A DNA stretch of 64,000 bases from an uncultured Mollicutes bacterium (GCA_900539865.1 UQDS01000002.1:64926-128925); one strand, 5' to 3'. Counted from the stretch's first letter, positions 39,809 through 48,695 are shown. A program made the numbers and translations. Notes: generated by a model not told the origin, from the letters alone.

Positions 39809-41542
39809 ATGATTCAACATTTCAACAGCGATTTTAAAAATCTAGAAGACATTAAAATTGAGCGCCCTGATAAAAATGAAATCATTCGCGCCATTTCTGA
39901 ATTAGACACTCGTCTTAACAACGCACAAAACGGAGAAGATGCAGTTCAAGTTGTCAAAGACTACTTCGCTTTAAGCGATGATATCGCCTCTGCCTTTTCC
40001 CTTATCAACATTCATCACACCATCAATACTGCCGATGAATATTATTCCGATTTAAATGATCTCATGGATGAGATTTCCCCCAGCATCAACGAGGCCACAA
40101 ATCAATTCGACAAAGATTTTTACAATTCCAAATTCCGCGACGATCTCGTCGCTGCTTTCGGAAGTCTTTACTTTGAACAAGTCGCCTTATCTATGAAGAC
40201 TTTCAACAGTGAAATTGTTCCGGATTTAGTAGAGGAAAACAAACTGGTATCTGAGTATACAAATCTTCTCGCCTCTGCCCTCATCGAATACAATGGTCAA
40301 AAATATTCTCTTCCTCAAATGGGTAAGTTCACCAAATCTATGGATCGCAATGTAAGAAGAGAGGCTAGCTTAAAAGTCAATGAATTTTACAGCGCTAACG
40401 ACGAAAAAATCGGTGAAATCTATACACGCATGGTGGAAGTAAGAACAAAAATCGCTAGAAAACTCGGTTATCAAAACTTCCTTCAATTGGGTTATGATCG
40501 CATGGGAAGACTCGATTGGACACCAGAAGATGCAAAAGAATACCGTCAGAAAATTTTAACCTATATCGTTCCGCTCTCTAACCAAATTTTCCAGGCACAA
40601 AAAAAACGCTTAGGCTATGGTGAAGACACTCGTTATTACGACTATGCAATCTTTTATAAATCAGGTGACCCTACGCCAAAAGGTAGTCCCGATCAATTGA
40701 TTGATGCCGCAAGAAAGATGTATGCGGAACTCTCCCCGGTTGCCAGCACATATTTCAATTTCATGGTCGAACATAATTGCATGGATGTCATCGCCAAAGC
40801 AAACAAGGCTGGCGGTGGTTACATGGACTATATTCCGAGTTTAAAAACCGCATTTATTTTTTCTAATTTTAATGGTACAAGCGGTGATGTTGATGTTCTC
40901 ACTCATGAATTCGGCCACTCCTTGCAGGGATTTCTCGGCGCCGAAAACACCATTGTCCCTTCCTATCGTTCCCCTGGTATGGAATGTTGCGAAATGCATT
41001 CAATGAGCATGGAGTATCTAACTTACCCTTGGATGAATCTCTTCTTTAAAGAAGACACGGAAAAATACCTGTATGAACATCTTTGTGACGCCATCACTTT
41101 CATCCCCTATGGTTGTATTATCGACGCTTTCCAAACACATTGTTACGAACACCCTGAATTGACTCACAGTCAACGAAAAGCATATTTCCGCCAATTAGAA
41201 AGAACTTATTTACCCCATCGTCAATATCAAGACAGCCCTTATTTAGAAAGCGGCGGTTTCTGGGAAAAACAAATGCACATTTTCCAATGCCCTTTATACT
41301 ATCTTGACTATACGATCGCTCAAGTTGTCGCTTTAGAATTCTTCACAGAAGCAAACCGCGATCACAAAAAAGCATTTGAAAAATATCTCGCCTTTGATCG
41401 TCTTGGTGGAACTTTACCTTTCCGTGCCCTCTTAAACAAAGCCGCTATCGACAACCCAATGGACGGCGACACTCTCAAACGCGTTTCCGAAGAAATCATG
41501 AACTATCTTTCCACTTTTGATCTTTCTAAATTAGATCGTTAA
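39809..41542 (+). CDS. M3-family oligoendopeptidase
   Basis: HEFGHS zinc motif. Confidence 0.8.
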   Translation: MIQHFNSDFKNLEDIKIERPDKNEIIRAISELDTRLNNAQNGEDAVQVVKDYFALSDDIASAFSLINIHHTINTADEYYSDLNDLMDEISPSINEATNQFDKDFYNSKFRDDLVAAFGSLYFEQVALSMKTFNSEIVPDLVEENKLVSEYTNLLASALIEYNGQKYSLPQMGKFTKSMDRNVRREASLKVNEFYSANDEKIGEIYTRMVEVRTKIARKLGYQNFLQLGYDRMGRLDWTPEDAKEYRQKILTYIVPLSNQIFQAQKKRLGYGEDTRYYDYAIFYKSGDPTPKGSPDQLIDAARKMYAELSPVASTYFNFMVEHNCMDVIAKANKAGGGYMDYIPSLKTAFIFSNFNGTSGDVDVLTHEFGHSLQGFLGAENTIVPSYRSPGMECCEMHSMSMEYLTYPWMNLFFKEDTEKYLYEHLCDAITFIPYGCIIDAFQTHCYEHPELTHSQRKAYFRQLERTYLPHRQYQDSPYLESGGFWEKQMHIFQCPLYYLDYTIAQVVALEFFTEANRDHKKAFEKYLAFDRLGGTLPFRALLNKAAIDNPMDGDTLKRVSEEIMNYLSTFDLSKLDR

Positions 41543-41549
41543 TCAAGTA

Positions 41550-41603
41550 GTAAGAGACAATGTTTCAACTCTTTATTTCTTCCACATTGTCTCTTACTTT
41601 TTT
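41550..41603 (+). terminator. rho-independent terminator of the M3 peptidase gene
   Basis: 13-bp stem GTAAGAGACAATG / CATTGTCTCTTAC followed by a T-run. Confidence 0.65.
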
Positions 41604-41635
41604 CTTTTCATATTCGTTTTTCTTTGTTATAATGA

Positions 41636-41760
41636 ACATGCGATTCAGGGAAAGGTGAAATTCCTTCTCGGCGGTATACCCCGCAAGAAACTTTTGTTTC
41701 AGGATCTGGTGAAATTCCAGGGGCGACAGTAAAGGCTGGATGGAAGAATGGCAATATGAT
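41636..41760 (+). promoter_or_regulatory. FMN riboswitch (RFN element) aptamer
   Basis: Matches RFN conserved blocks: GGGAAAGGUGAAAUUCC...CGGCGGUA, and GGUGAAAUUCCAG...GCGACAGUAAAGGCUGGAUGGAAGAAUGG. Compare B. subtilis ribD leader GCCGACAGUGAAAGUCUGGAUGGGAGAAGGAUG. Confidence 0.8.
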
Positions 41761-41785
41761 TTTTTTCATATCACCTTACTTTTTT

Positions 41786-41816
41786 TAACCTGAAACGCGT
41801 GTTTCAGGTTTTTTTA
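41786..41816 (+). terminator. riboswitch expression-platform terminator (alternative antiterminator with 41696-41703)
   Basis: CCTGAAAC-gcgt-GTTTCAGG followed by T7. The same GTTTCAGG octamer occurs inside the aptamer at 41696-41703. Confidence 0.75.
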
Positions 41817-41834
41817 TTAACAGAAAGGTAATTT

Positions 41835-42554
41835 ATGAGAAGAAAAACAAGTGAAGTCATTGTACAAATGACAACTCTAGCATTGCTCTCTGCATTAGGT
41901 TTTGTCCTCATGAGCTTTGTTAGATTCCCCTACCCCATCGCCCCCTGGCTAATGATTGAATTTTCTGATTTGGTTGTACTGATCGGATATGCAATGTATG
42001 GTTTTACAGGCGGCTTTACAATTAGCATATTAAAAACATTGCTCGATTTTGCAATTCATGGTATTGTTGGACCCTTTGGCATCGGAAATATCACCGCTCT
42101 CATCACATCATTAACCTTTACTTTTTGTCTTTTCTTAAGCGCTAAAGTATTTCACCTTTTCAACAAAGGATGGAAAATGCGAATTGTCGGTTATGTTTCT
42201 ATCATCCTTTTAGAAGCCTTTATCCTCACTTTCTTAAACATCTTGTTTATCACTCCAACCTTTATAACAGGTAGATTCACTACTTGTTTTGATAGCGAAG
42301 CAGTCGCTGCCGTTATCGAAGGTATGAAACAATATATTTCCGGATTTTCCTATTTTGGTTTAGTTTTCATTGTCTACTTCCCCTTCAACCTACTCAAAGG
42401 TGTAATTTCTTGCCTGCTTTACGAATTGGTTTTCAACAGGCTCCTCTTTGTTTTCATGCAACGTTCTCCGAGAATACAAAAGTATTTTGTCAGTGCAAAC
42501 TTCATGAAACACAGTTCTCAAAACAAAGTTACAGAAAATAATAACGGGGAATAA
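41835..42554 (+). CDS. ribU: ECF transporter S component, probable riboflavin transporter RibU
   Basis: Six-TM S-component architecture. Sits immediately downstream of the FMN riboswitch. No ecfA/ecfT genes are adjacent, consistent with a group II shared-module ECF. Confidence 0.65.
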   Translation: MRRKTSEVIVQMTTLALLSALGFVLMSFVRFPYPIAPWLMIEFSDLVVLIGYAMYGFTGGFTISILKTLLDFAIHGIVGPFGIGNITALITSLTFTFCLFLSAKVFHLFNKGWKMRIVGYVSIILLEAFILTFLNILFITPTFITGRFTTCFDSEAVAAVIEGMKQYISGFSYFGLVFIVYFPFNLLKGVISCLLYELVFNRLLFVFMQRSPRIQKYFVSANFMKHSSQNKVTENNNGE

Positions 42555-42711
42555 ACTTCCCCGTTATTGTATGCCCTTACAATTTTTAATCAGCGTATAA
42601 AACAAATTTAAAAAAACGATAAAAAAGTATAAATTTTAAATATTTTAATCTTTTTGACCAATTTTTATAAATTTCACCACATTTATACAATTGAAAAAAA
42701 TAATTGATTTA

Positions 42712-42746
42712 ACCTATTGAGAAAGCGCTTAACTATGTTAAAATAT
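42712..42746 (+). promoter_or_regulatory. candidate promoter with extended -10 (TTGAGA-16-TGTTAAAAT)
   Basis: Lies upstream of the Fic-family gene. Confidence 0.4.
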
Positions 42747-42799
42747 AAGCGTTATAGATCTCCTGTAAAACAGGAAAAGCAATAGGAAAGGAGTCCGTT

Positions 42800-43498
42800 A
42801 TGCAGACAATTTTTAAAGACCAAAAACCAATGACATTAGAGGAGGAAAACGACCTCATTGAAAAGAACCTCGTCGATTTGGTTTACAACGCAGCTTACTT
42901 AGAGGGCGTTCGTACCTCCTTTGTTGAAGCAAGAGCATTTATCTTAGAAGGAACAGAACCTTCTGGTCCTCGCCCCACCGGTTTAAAAAAGTTAAAGAAT
43001 TTAAAAACCGCATACATGAGATTGATGGAAAAAGACATGCTGGATGAGCCGACCGATTTAGCCACATTATGTGAACTTAATCGCATTGTCAACGGAAGAG
43101 GCGTCAGCGATGAACCCGGTAGAGTTCGTTCTGTTGCTGTCACCATTTCCGGAACAGAATATGTCCCTCAAATTCCCGATCCTTATACGGTCAATAATAC
43201 CATCCGCGACATTGTGGAACAGAAAAAGACCTTTATCGAAAGAGGTCTTGACCTTTATTGCTATTTGATGCGTGAACAAGTTTTTGTCGATGGTAACAAG
43301 AGAAGCGCAAACTTATTGTGCAATCAATTCTTATTACGCCATGGACAAGGTATCTTCTCCATCCGTCCTGAAAGAAATGATGAATTCTTACAAAAACTTG
43401 TTTCCTATTATGAAAGCGGCGATCCTACTGATTTAAAGATCTATATCTACGAAAATTGTTTCTATACCGACCCCACTCTTCCTTACATTGATGATTAA
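42800..43498 (+). CDS. Fic/DOC-family protein with degenerate active-site motif
   Basis: The Fic core reads QVFVDGNKRSAN where HPFx(D/E)GNGRxxR is expected, so the catalytic His is replaced by Gln. Confidence 0.55.
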   Translation: MQTIFKDQKPMTLEEENDLIEKNLVDLVYNAAYLEGVRTSFVEARAFILEGTEPSGPRPTGLKKLKNLKTAYMRLMEKDMLDEPTDLATLCELNRIVNGRGVSDEPGRVRSVAVTISGTEYVPQIPDPYTVNNTIRDIVEQKKTFIERGLDLYCYLMREQVFVDGNKRSANLLCNQFLLRHGQGIFSIRPERNDEFLQKLVSYYESGDPTDLKIYIYENCFYTDPTLPYIDD

Positions 43499-43515
43499 TT
43501 CAAAATAATAATAAA

Positions 43516-43545
43516 ATGGCTATCCATCACGGATAGCCATTTTTT
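43516..43545. terminator. bidirectional terminator
   Basis: Hairpin ATGGCTATCC-atcac-GGATAGCCAT followed by T5. Confidence 0.7.
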
Positions 43546-43567
43546 ATTTCGTAATCTTAAATTGGTT

Positions 43568-44509
43568 TTAATAATTTCCCCAAACTTTCTTCTCTAAACC
43601 AGGAAAATCGACATATGGATTGCGGTTGTTTTGAAAACTATATACCGCATTATTGCGGTCGATTTCTTTTTGAGAAACAGGATCTTCTTCTGCCCACTTG
43701 AGATAAAGGTTGATCGCCCACTTCGATAAAGAAGGATAGGTGTTTCTAGCAAAACAGGCATAGTTCTCCATACTGCTCATCTTGTCTTCATAACAAGTGA
43801 CAAAATAGAAATAGATTCTTGCAAAATCGCCTTTATATTCATCGATAGGCTCAAAAGCTTTACCTGAATAACCTGATGCTGTACTTGTACCAAGCATACT
43901 ACCATTGGAGCTGGTATAAGTCGGATTACTCACTTCTGCGTGCGGGTAATTGCTACGCATACCATTCACTTTTCCATCGGTTGGAACCACGTGGAAGGCA
44001 TCGCTTCTCATCGGAGATCTCTTGTTAAACACACTCTGCGGAATGGTATGTTCTCTATTATAACAATCGCCTTCTTGTGAATAGTTTCCACAAGTTCCGC
44101 TGCCGTAATAAAACTTTTTGTTGGAATACATATCCCAGACAGTTCCATCAGGACGAATGTCACTCTTTTTATACACGTTATATAATCCGCTATAACCAAC
44201 ATCCGTATGTTTGCTAATCAATTTAAATAAATCTGTTTTAAGTGCAGCACCTGTCAAAGAAAAGTCTACCTTATTGCGATAATATTCCGGAATGTCTTCC
44301 ATGGGTTCACTGGGCTTTTCTGTGCTGACAGAAGAATCCGGTTTAACAGACGAAACAGAACCCTCTGTATCACTTTCGCTATTTGGTGCAGTCGTAGTCA
44401 CGGAATCTTGCGTTGATTCTGTAGGCTTGTCACTCGGAAGGTTTGTATTCCCACCGCAAGAAATCAACGTCAACGAAGCTAAGACTGCAAACAACAACAC
44501 TCTTTTCAT
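43568..44509 (-). CDS. lipoprotein, extracellular endonuclease I (EndA/Vvn family DNA/RNA non-specific nuclease)
   Basis: Lipobox LISCGG. Ser/Thr-rich linker. CYNREHTIP and HVVPTDGKVNGMRSNYP motifs. GGGGGT RBS before MKRVLL. Confidence 0.7.
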   Translation of the reverse strand: MKRVLLFAVLASLTLISCGGNTNLPSDKPTESTQDSVTTTAPNSESDTEGSVSSVKPDSSVSTEKPSEPMEDIPEYYRNKVDFSLTGAALKTDLFKLISKHTDVGYSGLYNVYKKSDIRPDGTVWDMYSNKKFYYGSGTCGNYSQEGDCYNREHTIPQSVFNKRSPMRSDAFHVVPTDGKVNGMRSNYPHAEVSNPTYTSSNGSMLGTSTASGYSGKAFEPIDEYKGDFARIYFYFVTCYEDKMSSMENYACFARNTYPSLSKWAINLYLKWAEEDPVSQKEIDRNNAVYSFQNNRNPYVDFPGLEKKVWGNY

Positions 44510-44605
44510 AATTACCCCCATAAAATCATTAAACGATATTATAATCTTTTCTTTCCATTTTTTCATCATGTATTTATAATAGATGAGGAAAGACCGAGGT
44601 AAATT

Positions 44606-45310
44606 ATGGCTCGTATCGTTTTAGTTGGAGGAGGTTCTTCCTCTGGAAAGTCATATGTGACACGTAATGTCATCGATAAAATTGGTGAAGAAAACATCTG
44701 TCGTTTAACAATTGATGATTACTACAAGGATCAAACAGATGTTCCACTAGAAGTCAGAAGGAAAGTCAATTACGATCACCCGAAAGCCTTTGACTGGAAA
44801 CTTTTAAGATCACAAATCATGGACTTGAAAAATGATAAGCCCATTGACAAACCTGTTTACGACTTCACAATTCATAATCGTTCTGATAAAGTGGAACACA
44901 TTATCCCTAAAAAAATCATTTTAGTCGAAGGTATTATGGCTTTGGTCGATAAATCCTTACGCGAAATGGGAGACTTGAAAGTCTTTATTACCGCTTCACC
45001 AGAAGTGAGATTTTTAAGAAGATTTATTCGTGACCACAGCGAAAGAAAAAGAAGCTATGAAAATATTGTCAGCCAATATTTAAAAACGGTTGCACCGATG
45101 TATGATGAAATTATCGCGCCAAGTGCGAACTACGCCGATTTAATCATCAACAATGATGGAATCGCTAACCTTGCTATCGACGTTCTCACTTGTGTTTTGC
45201 ACGAAGAATTAGATAAAGCGAACGACGCCAATTTAAAACCTGTTTTACCTTCGAATGAATTCAGCGAAGAAATCTTAAATAAGGTTTTCGGAAATAGCAT
45301 GAAAAACTAG
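44606..45310 (+). CDS. udk: uridine kinase
   Basis: P-loop GGSSSGKS and the uridine kinase family pattern. Confidence 0.85.
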   Translation: MARIVLVGGGSSSGKSYVTRNVIDKIGEENICRLTIDDYYKDQTDVPLEVRRKVNYDHPKAFDWKLLRSQIMDLKNDKPIDKPVYDFTIHNRSDKVEHIIPKKIILVEGIMALVDKSLREMGDLKVFITASPEVRFLRRFIRDHSERKRSYENIVSQYLKTVAPMYDEIIAPSANYADLIINNDGIANLAIDVLTCVLHEELDKANDANLKPVLPSNEFSEEILNKVFGNSMKN

Positions 45311-45339
45311 TTGACATTTTTCTGATTTCAAGATATAAT
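45311..45339 (+). promoter_or_regulatory. consensus sigma-A promoter TTGACA-17-TATAAT for tRNA-Ala
   Basis: Perfect -35 and -10 hexamers with a 17-nt spacer. Confidence 0.7.
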
Positions 45340-45367
45340 TAACTCCGCTGTAATAAGCGGATTTATT

Positions 45368-45443
45368 GGGGCTGTAGCTCACCTGGGAGAGCGCCTCCAT
45401 GGCATGGAGGAGGTAGCGAGTTCGATCCTCGTCAGCTCCACCA
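45368..45443 (+). tRNA. tRNA-Ala (anticodon GGC)
   Basis: G3:U70 pair, anticodon loop AUGGCAU, CCA encoded. Followed by a terminator hairpin at 45457-45487. Confidence 0.85.
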
Positions 45444-45578
45444 ATAAAAAAATATAAAGCAAACTCATTAGAGTTTGCTTTTTTCTTTAAAAACTCGATA
45501 AAATAAATTTTGTTTTCGCTATCTTTTGTGTAAATCACTTGCTCAAATACATCATTTCAATTATTTTTTATATTTTTC

Positions 45579-45607
45579 TTGCAATCCCCTCTTATCTTCG
45601 GTATAAT
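45579..45607 (+). promoter_or_regulatory. sigma-A promoter TTGCAA-17-TATAAT for the tRNA-Met / tRNA-CAT pair
   Basis: Hexamers at 45579-45584 and 45602-45607. Confidence 0.65.
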
Positions 45608-45622
45608 TTTTGTTGCCTATTT

Positions 45623-45698
45623 GGCTGCGTAGCTCAGTTGGTAGAGCAGTCGGTTCATACCCGATATGTCGAGAGTTCGACCCTCCCCGCAGCCACCA
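45623..45698 (+). tRNA. tRNA-Met, elongator type (anticodon CAT)
   Basis: Anticodon arm GUCGG-UUCAUAC-CCGAU resembles B. subtilis elongator Met. Confidence 0.75.
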
Positions 45699-45702
45699 TT
45701 AG

Positions 45703-45779
45703 GGATCAATAGCTCAATTGGTTAGAGCCCTCGGCCCATAACCGAGTGGTTGCAGGTTCAAGTCCTGCTTGATCCACCA
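45703..45779 (+). tRNA. tRNA with CAT anticodon, probably tRNA-Ile2 (lysidine) or second Met
   Basis: Anticodon arm CUCGG-CCCAUAA-CCGAG resembles B. subtilis tRNA-Ile2. As folded, position 33 is C rather than U. Confidence 0.65.
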
Positions 45780-45796
45780 ATTGAGAATTTTGCCTA

Positions 45797-45823
45797 GCTA
45801 TGCTAGGTTTTTTTATTTTTACT
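45797..45823 (+). terminator. rho-independent terminator of the tRNA pair
   Basis: CCTAGC-tatg-GCTAGG followed by T7. Confidence 0.7.
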
Positions 45824-46367
45824 CTCCCTTTAAAGCAACATATTGAATCGTATGTCTTGCCCCCTGCTCTATGACCTTAAGTAGGTCTTCACACTTCAAT
45901 TTAAGGGTTGTTGTATTTACCAAGGGGTGAATTAGAATATATTCTTCTTTTAAAAAATCCTGATCAATTAAAAATGTCACCTTTTGTTCTACATCATTTA
46001 TCAAACATAACGGACTGCACGCCCCCATGGTCACATGCAAAAGCTCTTGCATCTTGTCTTCTGTTGCAAAAGAAAGACGGGCAGAATTGATTTGATTTGA
46101 TATCTCCTTTGTTTTAAATTTTTTATCTCCAGGTAAAAACAGCAAATAAAATTTTGTCTGCTGACGGTTACAAAGGAATAAATTTTTAAACACCTTTCCT
46201 TCTTTCATACTCTTTTCCACGTCTTGATAATCCGCCATTGTATATAAAGGAGCGTGATCCACGCGCTCATATACAATCTTCATCTTATCTAGAACATCAT
46301 ATACTTTACATTCCTTGTTTGATCGATTTAAGAGATCATCCGGTTTTCCTATAAAAACTTTCATCAA
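45819..46367 (-). CDS. YbaK/ProX-family aminoacyl-tRNA deacylase
   Basis: YbaK-type editing domain pattern (GACSPL, LIHPLVNT). Confidence 0.65.
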   Translation of the reverse strand: MMKVFIGKPDDLLNRSNKECKVYDVLDKMKIVYERVDHAPLYTMADYQDVEKSMKEGKVFKNLFLCNRQQTKFYLLFLPGDKKFKTKEISNQINSARLSFATEDKMQELLHVTMGACSPLCLINDVEQKVTFLIDQDFLKEEYILIHPLVNTTTLKLKCEDLLKVIEQGARHTIQYVALKGE

Positions 46368-46425
46368 TAAATCCTCTCAACACTTTGTGTTTTCACTCAA
46401 CTTATTTTATAATAACGCATATATG

Positions 46426-47208
46426 GAACAAGAAAGAATACAGAAAATTTTATCGTCGTTAGGTGTTTGCTCACGCCGCAAAGCGGAACAGTTTATTTTA
46501 GAAGGCCGCGTTTTTGTAAATGGGAAACAAGTGAGTGAACTTGGTTTTAAATGCTCAACAGAAGACGAAATATCTATCGATGGAGAGATTGTAAACTCTC
46601 ACCAAGAAAAGTCACCTGTCTATTTAGCGTTTAACAAGCCCTACGATGTTGTATCAACCCTTTCTGACCCGCAAGGAAGAGCTACGGTGTTAGACTATGT
46701 TTCCAAAAAATACGGCCGCGTATTTCCTGTAGGAAGACTCGATCACAATTCTACTGGTTTAATGATTTTGACAAATGATGGCGAGTTTGCAAACTTGGTT
46801 ACACATCCTTCTTCTGCGCCTGAAAAAGAATATTTGATTAAAGTAAAAAACAAACTCCGCGGCGATGAGGTTGAAAAGCTCGCACAAGGATTATATGTTT
46901 ACCAAGATGGTTATACAGCTTTGCCGTGTAAAGCTGTTGTCTTAAAAGAAGAAGATGATGGCGCCATCATGTCAATTACATTGCGACAGGGAAAAAAGAG
47001 ACAAATTCGCCATATGATGGAAACGTTAGATCATCCGGTACGAATGCTCATTCGTATTCGCATCGGTTCTATCCTCTTAGGTGACTTAAAAGAAGGCGAA
47101 GTTCGTGAAATACCTTCCGAAGAGATTGAAAAGATGATTCAACAGTGTCTTTATGATAAATCGCACAACAGCTTCCTCAAGGAGGACTTTGCCTATGACA
47201 GCGACTAA
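46426..47208 (+). CDS. rluB: 23S rRNA pseudouridine synthase, RluB/RsuA family
   Basis: S4 domain (RIQKILSSLGVCSRRKAEQFI) plus the catalytic GRLDHNSTG motif. Start placed at MEQER. Confidence 0.8.
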   Translation, partial: EQERIQKILSSLGVCSRRKAEQFILEGRVFVNGKQVSELGFKCSTEDEISIDGEIVNSHQEKSPVYLAFNKPYDVVSTLSDPQGRATVLDYVSKKYGRVFPVGRLDHNSTGLMILTNDGEFANLVTHPSSAPEKEYLIKVKNKLRGDEVEKLAQGLYVYQDGYTALPCKAVVLKEEDDGAIMSITLRQGKKRQIRHMMETLDHPVRMLIRIRIGSILLGDLKEGEVREIPSEEIEKMIQQCLYDKSHNSFLKEDFAYDSD

Positions 47209-48364
47209 ACATGAACACACTTATACCAGAAAAGAGAGAATCTTTCGAATCTCCGTTGTCGCTGTTTTATCTGTCTTAGGATATCTTCTTTTGCTATTAG
47301 GTCAATTTGATTTCATGAAAACACCTTTATACATGTTTTGGGAAATCAGTGATCTTGTCGTTTTAATCGCGATGGCTCTTTATGGTCCTGTATCTGCAAT
47401 TATAGTCACGACTATAAAGATGTTATTATTCTTTTTAACTAGATTTGATGGGGTTTTCTATCCTATCGATTCATCGATTTACGCATTATTTGCTTCATCA
47501 TTAATCTTAATTACAATTTCTTTCTCTTTGAATTATATCGTTCGTTTTTTCAAGCGGCAAACGTTTGTTAAAATCATCGGAGATTTTATTTGTATCGTCT
47601 TAACCTCTTTGATTATGACCGCTCTAAGTTATCTTTATTTCACGCCGATGCATTTTCATAACGATCAATTCATAGACATCTCTCAAATAAACACTTCTGC
47701 TATTTTAGCTAACAACCCAGAGATATTCCCTGTTCCAAGCCGTGGATTTCTCACCTATATGTTCATTTATCATTTACCATATTATTCCATTAAGTACACG
47801 ATTGTTTTCATCTTGTTTGAATTGATTTCTTTTTATATTATCAACCCCTATTTGAAAAGCGAATACTTTGGTGTACACCGTTATTTCTTCACCAACAAAA
47901 ACGATTTTCGCATTCCTTATCACATACTTTCTTTCCGCAAATTCAGCAATGATTATTTCAAAAAGAAAGAATTATCTTCACGCCATCGCAAGTGGATAAA
48001 GAAAAGCAACACCAAAAAGACAATTAATTTAGAAGAACAAACAGAAGAAATAAACGACTTTATCATACGCGAGAATTACCTTTACCGCATCACAATCACT
48101 GATTCAGGAATGGTACATACAGATGAGATTAAAGCCAATAAAGAAGGTGCTTTACTCATCATGAATTATATGAAAAACTCTTATCCCAACATCCGTTATA
48201 AAGTAACCTCTTATCAAGAGGACAACTCTCTTATTCGAGACGCTTCTTCCGACGGCCTTTCTTTTGAACTTTTCCGTCAGGTCAATCACTGCGATAAAGA
48301 AATCACAAAAGTCCTCAACGTTGAAATTGTTTTGATAAAAAAGAGCACAAAAAAAGTCGCCTGA
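47195..48364 (+). CDS. ECF S-component-like membrane protein with about 190-aa C-terminal cytoplasmic extension
   Basis: The N-terminal approximately 200 aa are paralogous to the RibU candidate (ISDLVVLIAMALYG versus FSDLVVLIGYAMYG). AAGGAGGA RBS. Overlaps the rluB stop. Confidence 0.6.
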   Translation: MTATKHEHTYTRKERIFRISVVAVLSVLGYLLLLLGQFDFMKTPLYMFWEISDLVVLIAMALYGPVSAIIVTTIKMLLFFLTRFDGVFYPIDSSIYALFASSLILITISFSLNYIVRFFKRQTFVKIIGDFICIVLTSLIMTALSYLYFTPMHFHNDQFIDISQINTSAILANNPEIFPVPSRGFLTYMFIYHLPYYSIKYTIVFILFELISFYIINPYLKSEYFGVHRYFFTNKNDFRIPYHILSFRKFSNDYFKKKELSSRHRKWIKKSNTKKTINLEEQTEEINDFIIRENYLYRITITDSGMVHTDEIKANKEGALLIMNYMKNSYPNIRYKVTSYQEDNSLIRDASSDGLSFELFRQVNHCDKEITKVLNVEIVLIKKSTKKVA

Positions 48365-48384
48365 TAAAAGGCGACTCTTTTTTT
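48346..48384. terminator. bidirectional terminator shared by the ECF-like gene and the ferredoxin gene
   Basis: GTCGCC-tgataaaa-GGCGAC flanked by an A-run and a T-run. Confidence 0.7.
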
Positions 48385-48391
48385 GTCTGAA

Positions 48392-48580
48392 TTACTCAGC
48401 TTCGATAGCCTGGACAGGGCATCCAGCGATAGCATCGTTGACAGCGGCTTCGTTGTCAGCGGTGACTTCAGCATAAACTTCAGCCTTGCCTTCATCATCG
48501 AACTGGAAGACTTCAGCAGCGATGCCAGTGCAAGCACCACAACCGATGCAAAGATCCTTGTTAACAGTAACCTTAGTCAT
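48392..48580 (-). CDS. 4Fe-4S ferredoxin
   Basis: CIGCGACTGIA ... C(P) single-cluster ferredoxin pattern, 62 aa. Locally GC-rich codon usage. Confidence 0.85.
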   Translation of the reverse strand: MTKVTVNKDLCIGCGACTGIAAEVFQFDDEGKAEVYAEVTADNEAAVNDAIAGCPVQAIEAE

Positions 48581-48695
48581 TTTAATTTCCTCCTAAAGTA
48601 TGGCTTTATTGTACTTATTTTCATTAAAATATGCAACACGCAAATACTTTATTACATTATATGTGGTAATTTTCAAATAAGTTTTCGATTTATTG

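Noticed and set aside
41636-41760. Possible cobalamin (B12) riboswitch because of GGGAA and GGUGAAAUUCC blocks
   Set aside because: The downstream blocks GCGACAGUAAAGGCUGGAUGGAAGAAUGG and CGGCGGUA match the FMN (RFN) consensus and not the B12 box. The regulated gene is an ECF S component typical of RibU. Reclassified as an FMN riboswitch.
45275-45538. 87-aa minus-strand ORF
   Set aside because: It overlaps the tRNA-Ala gene and its promoter, and its translation simply mirrors tRNA sequence.
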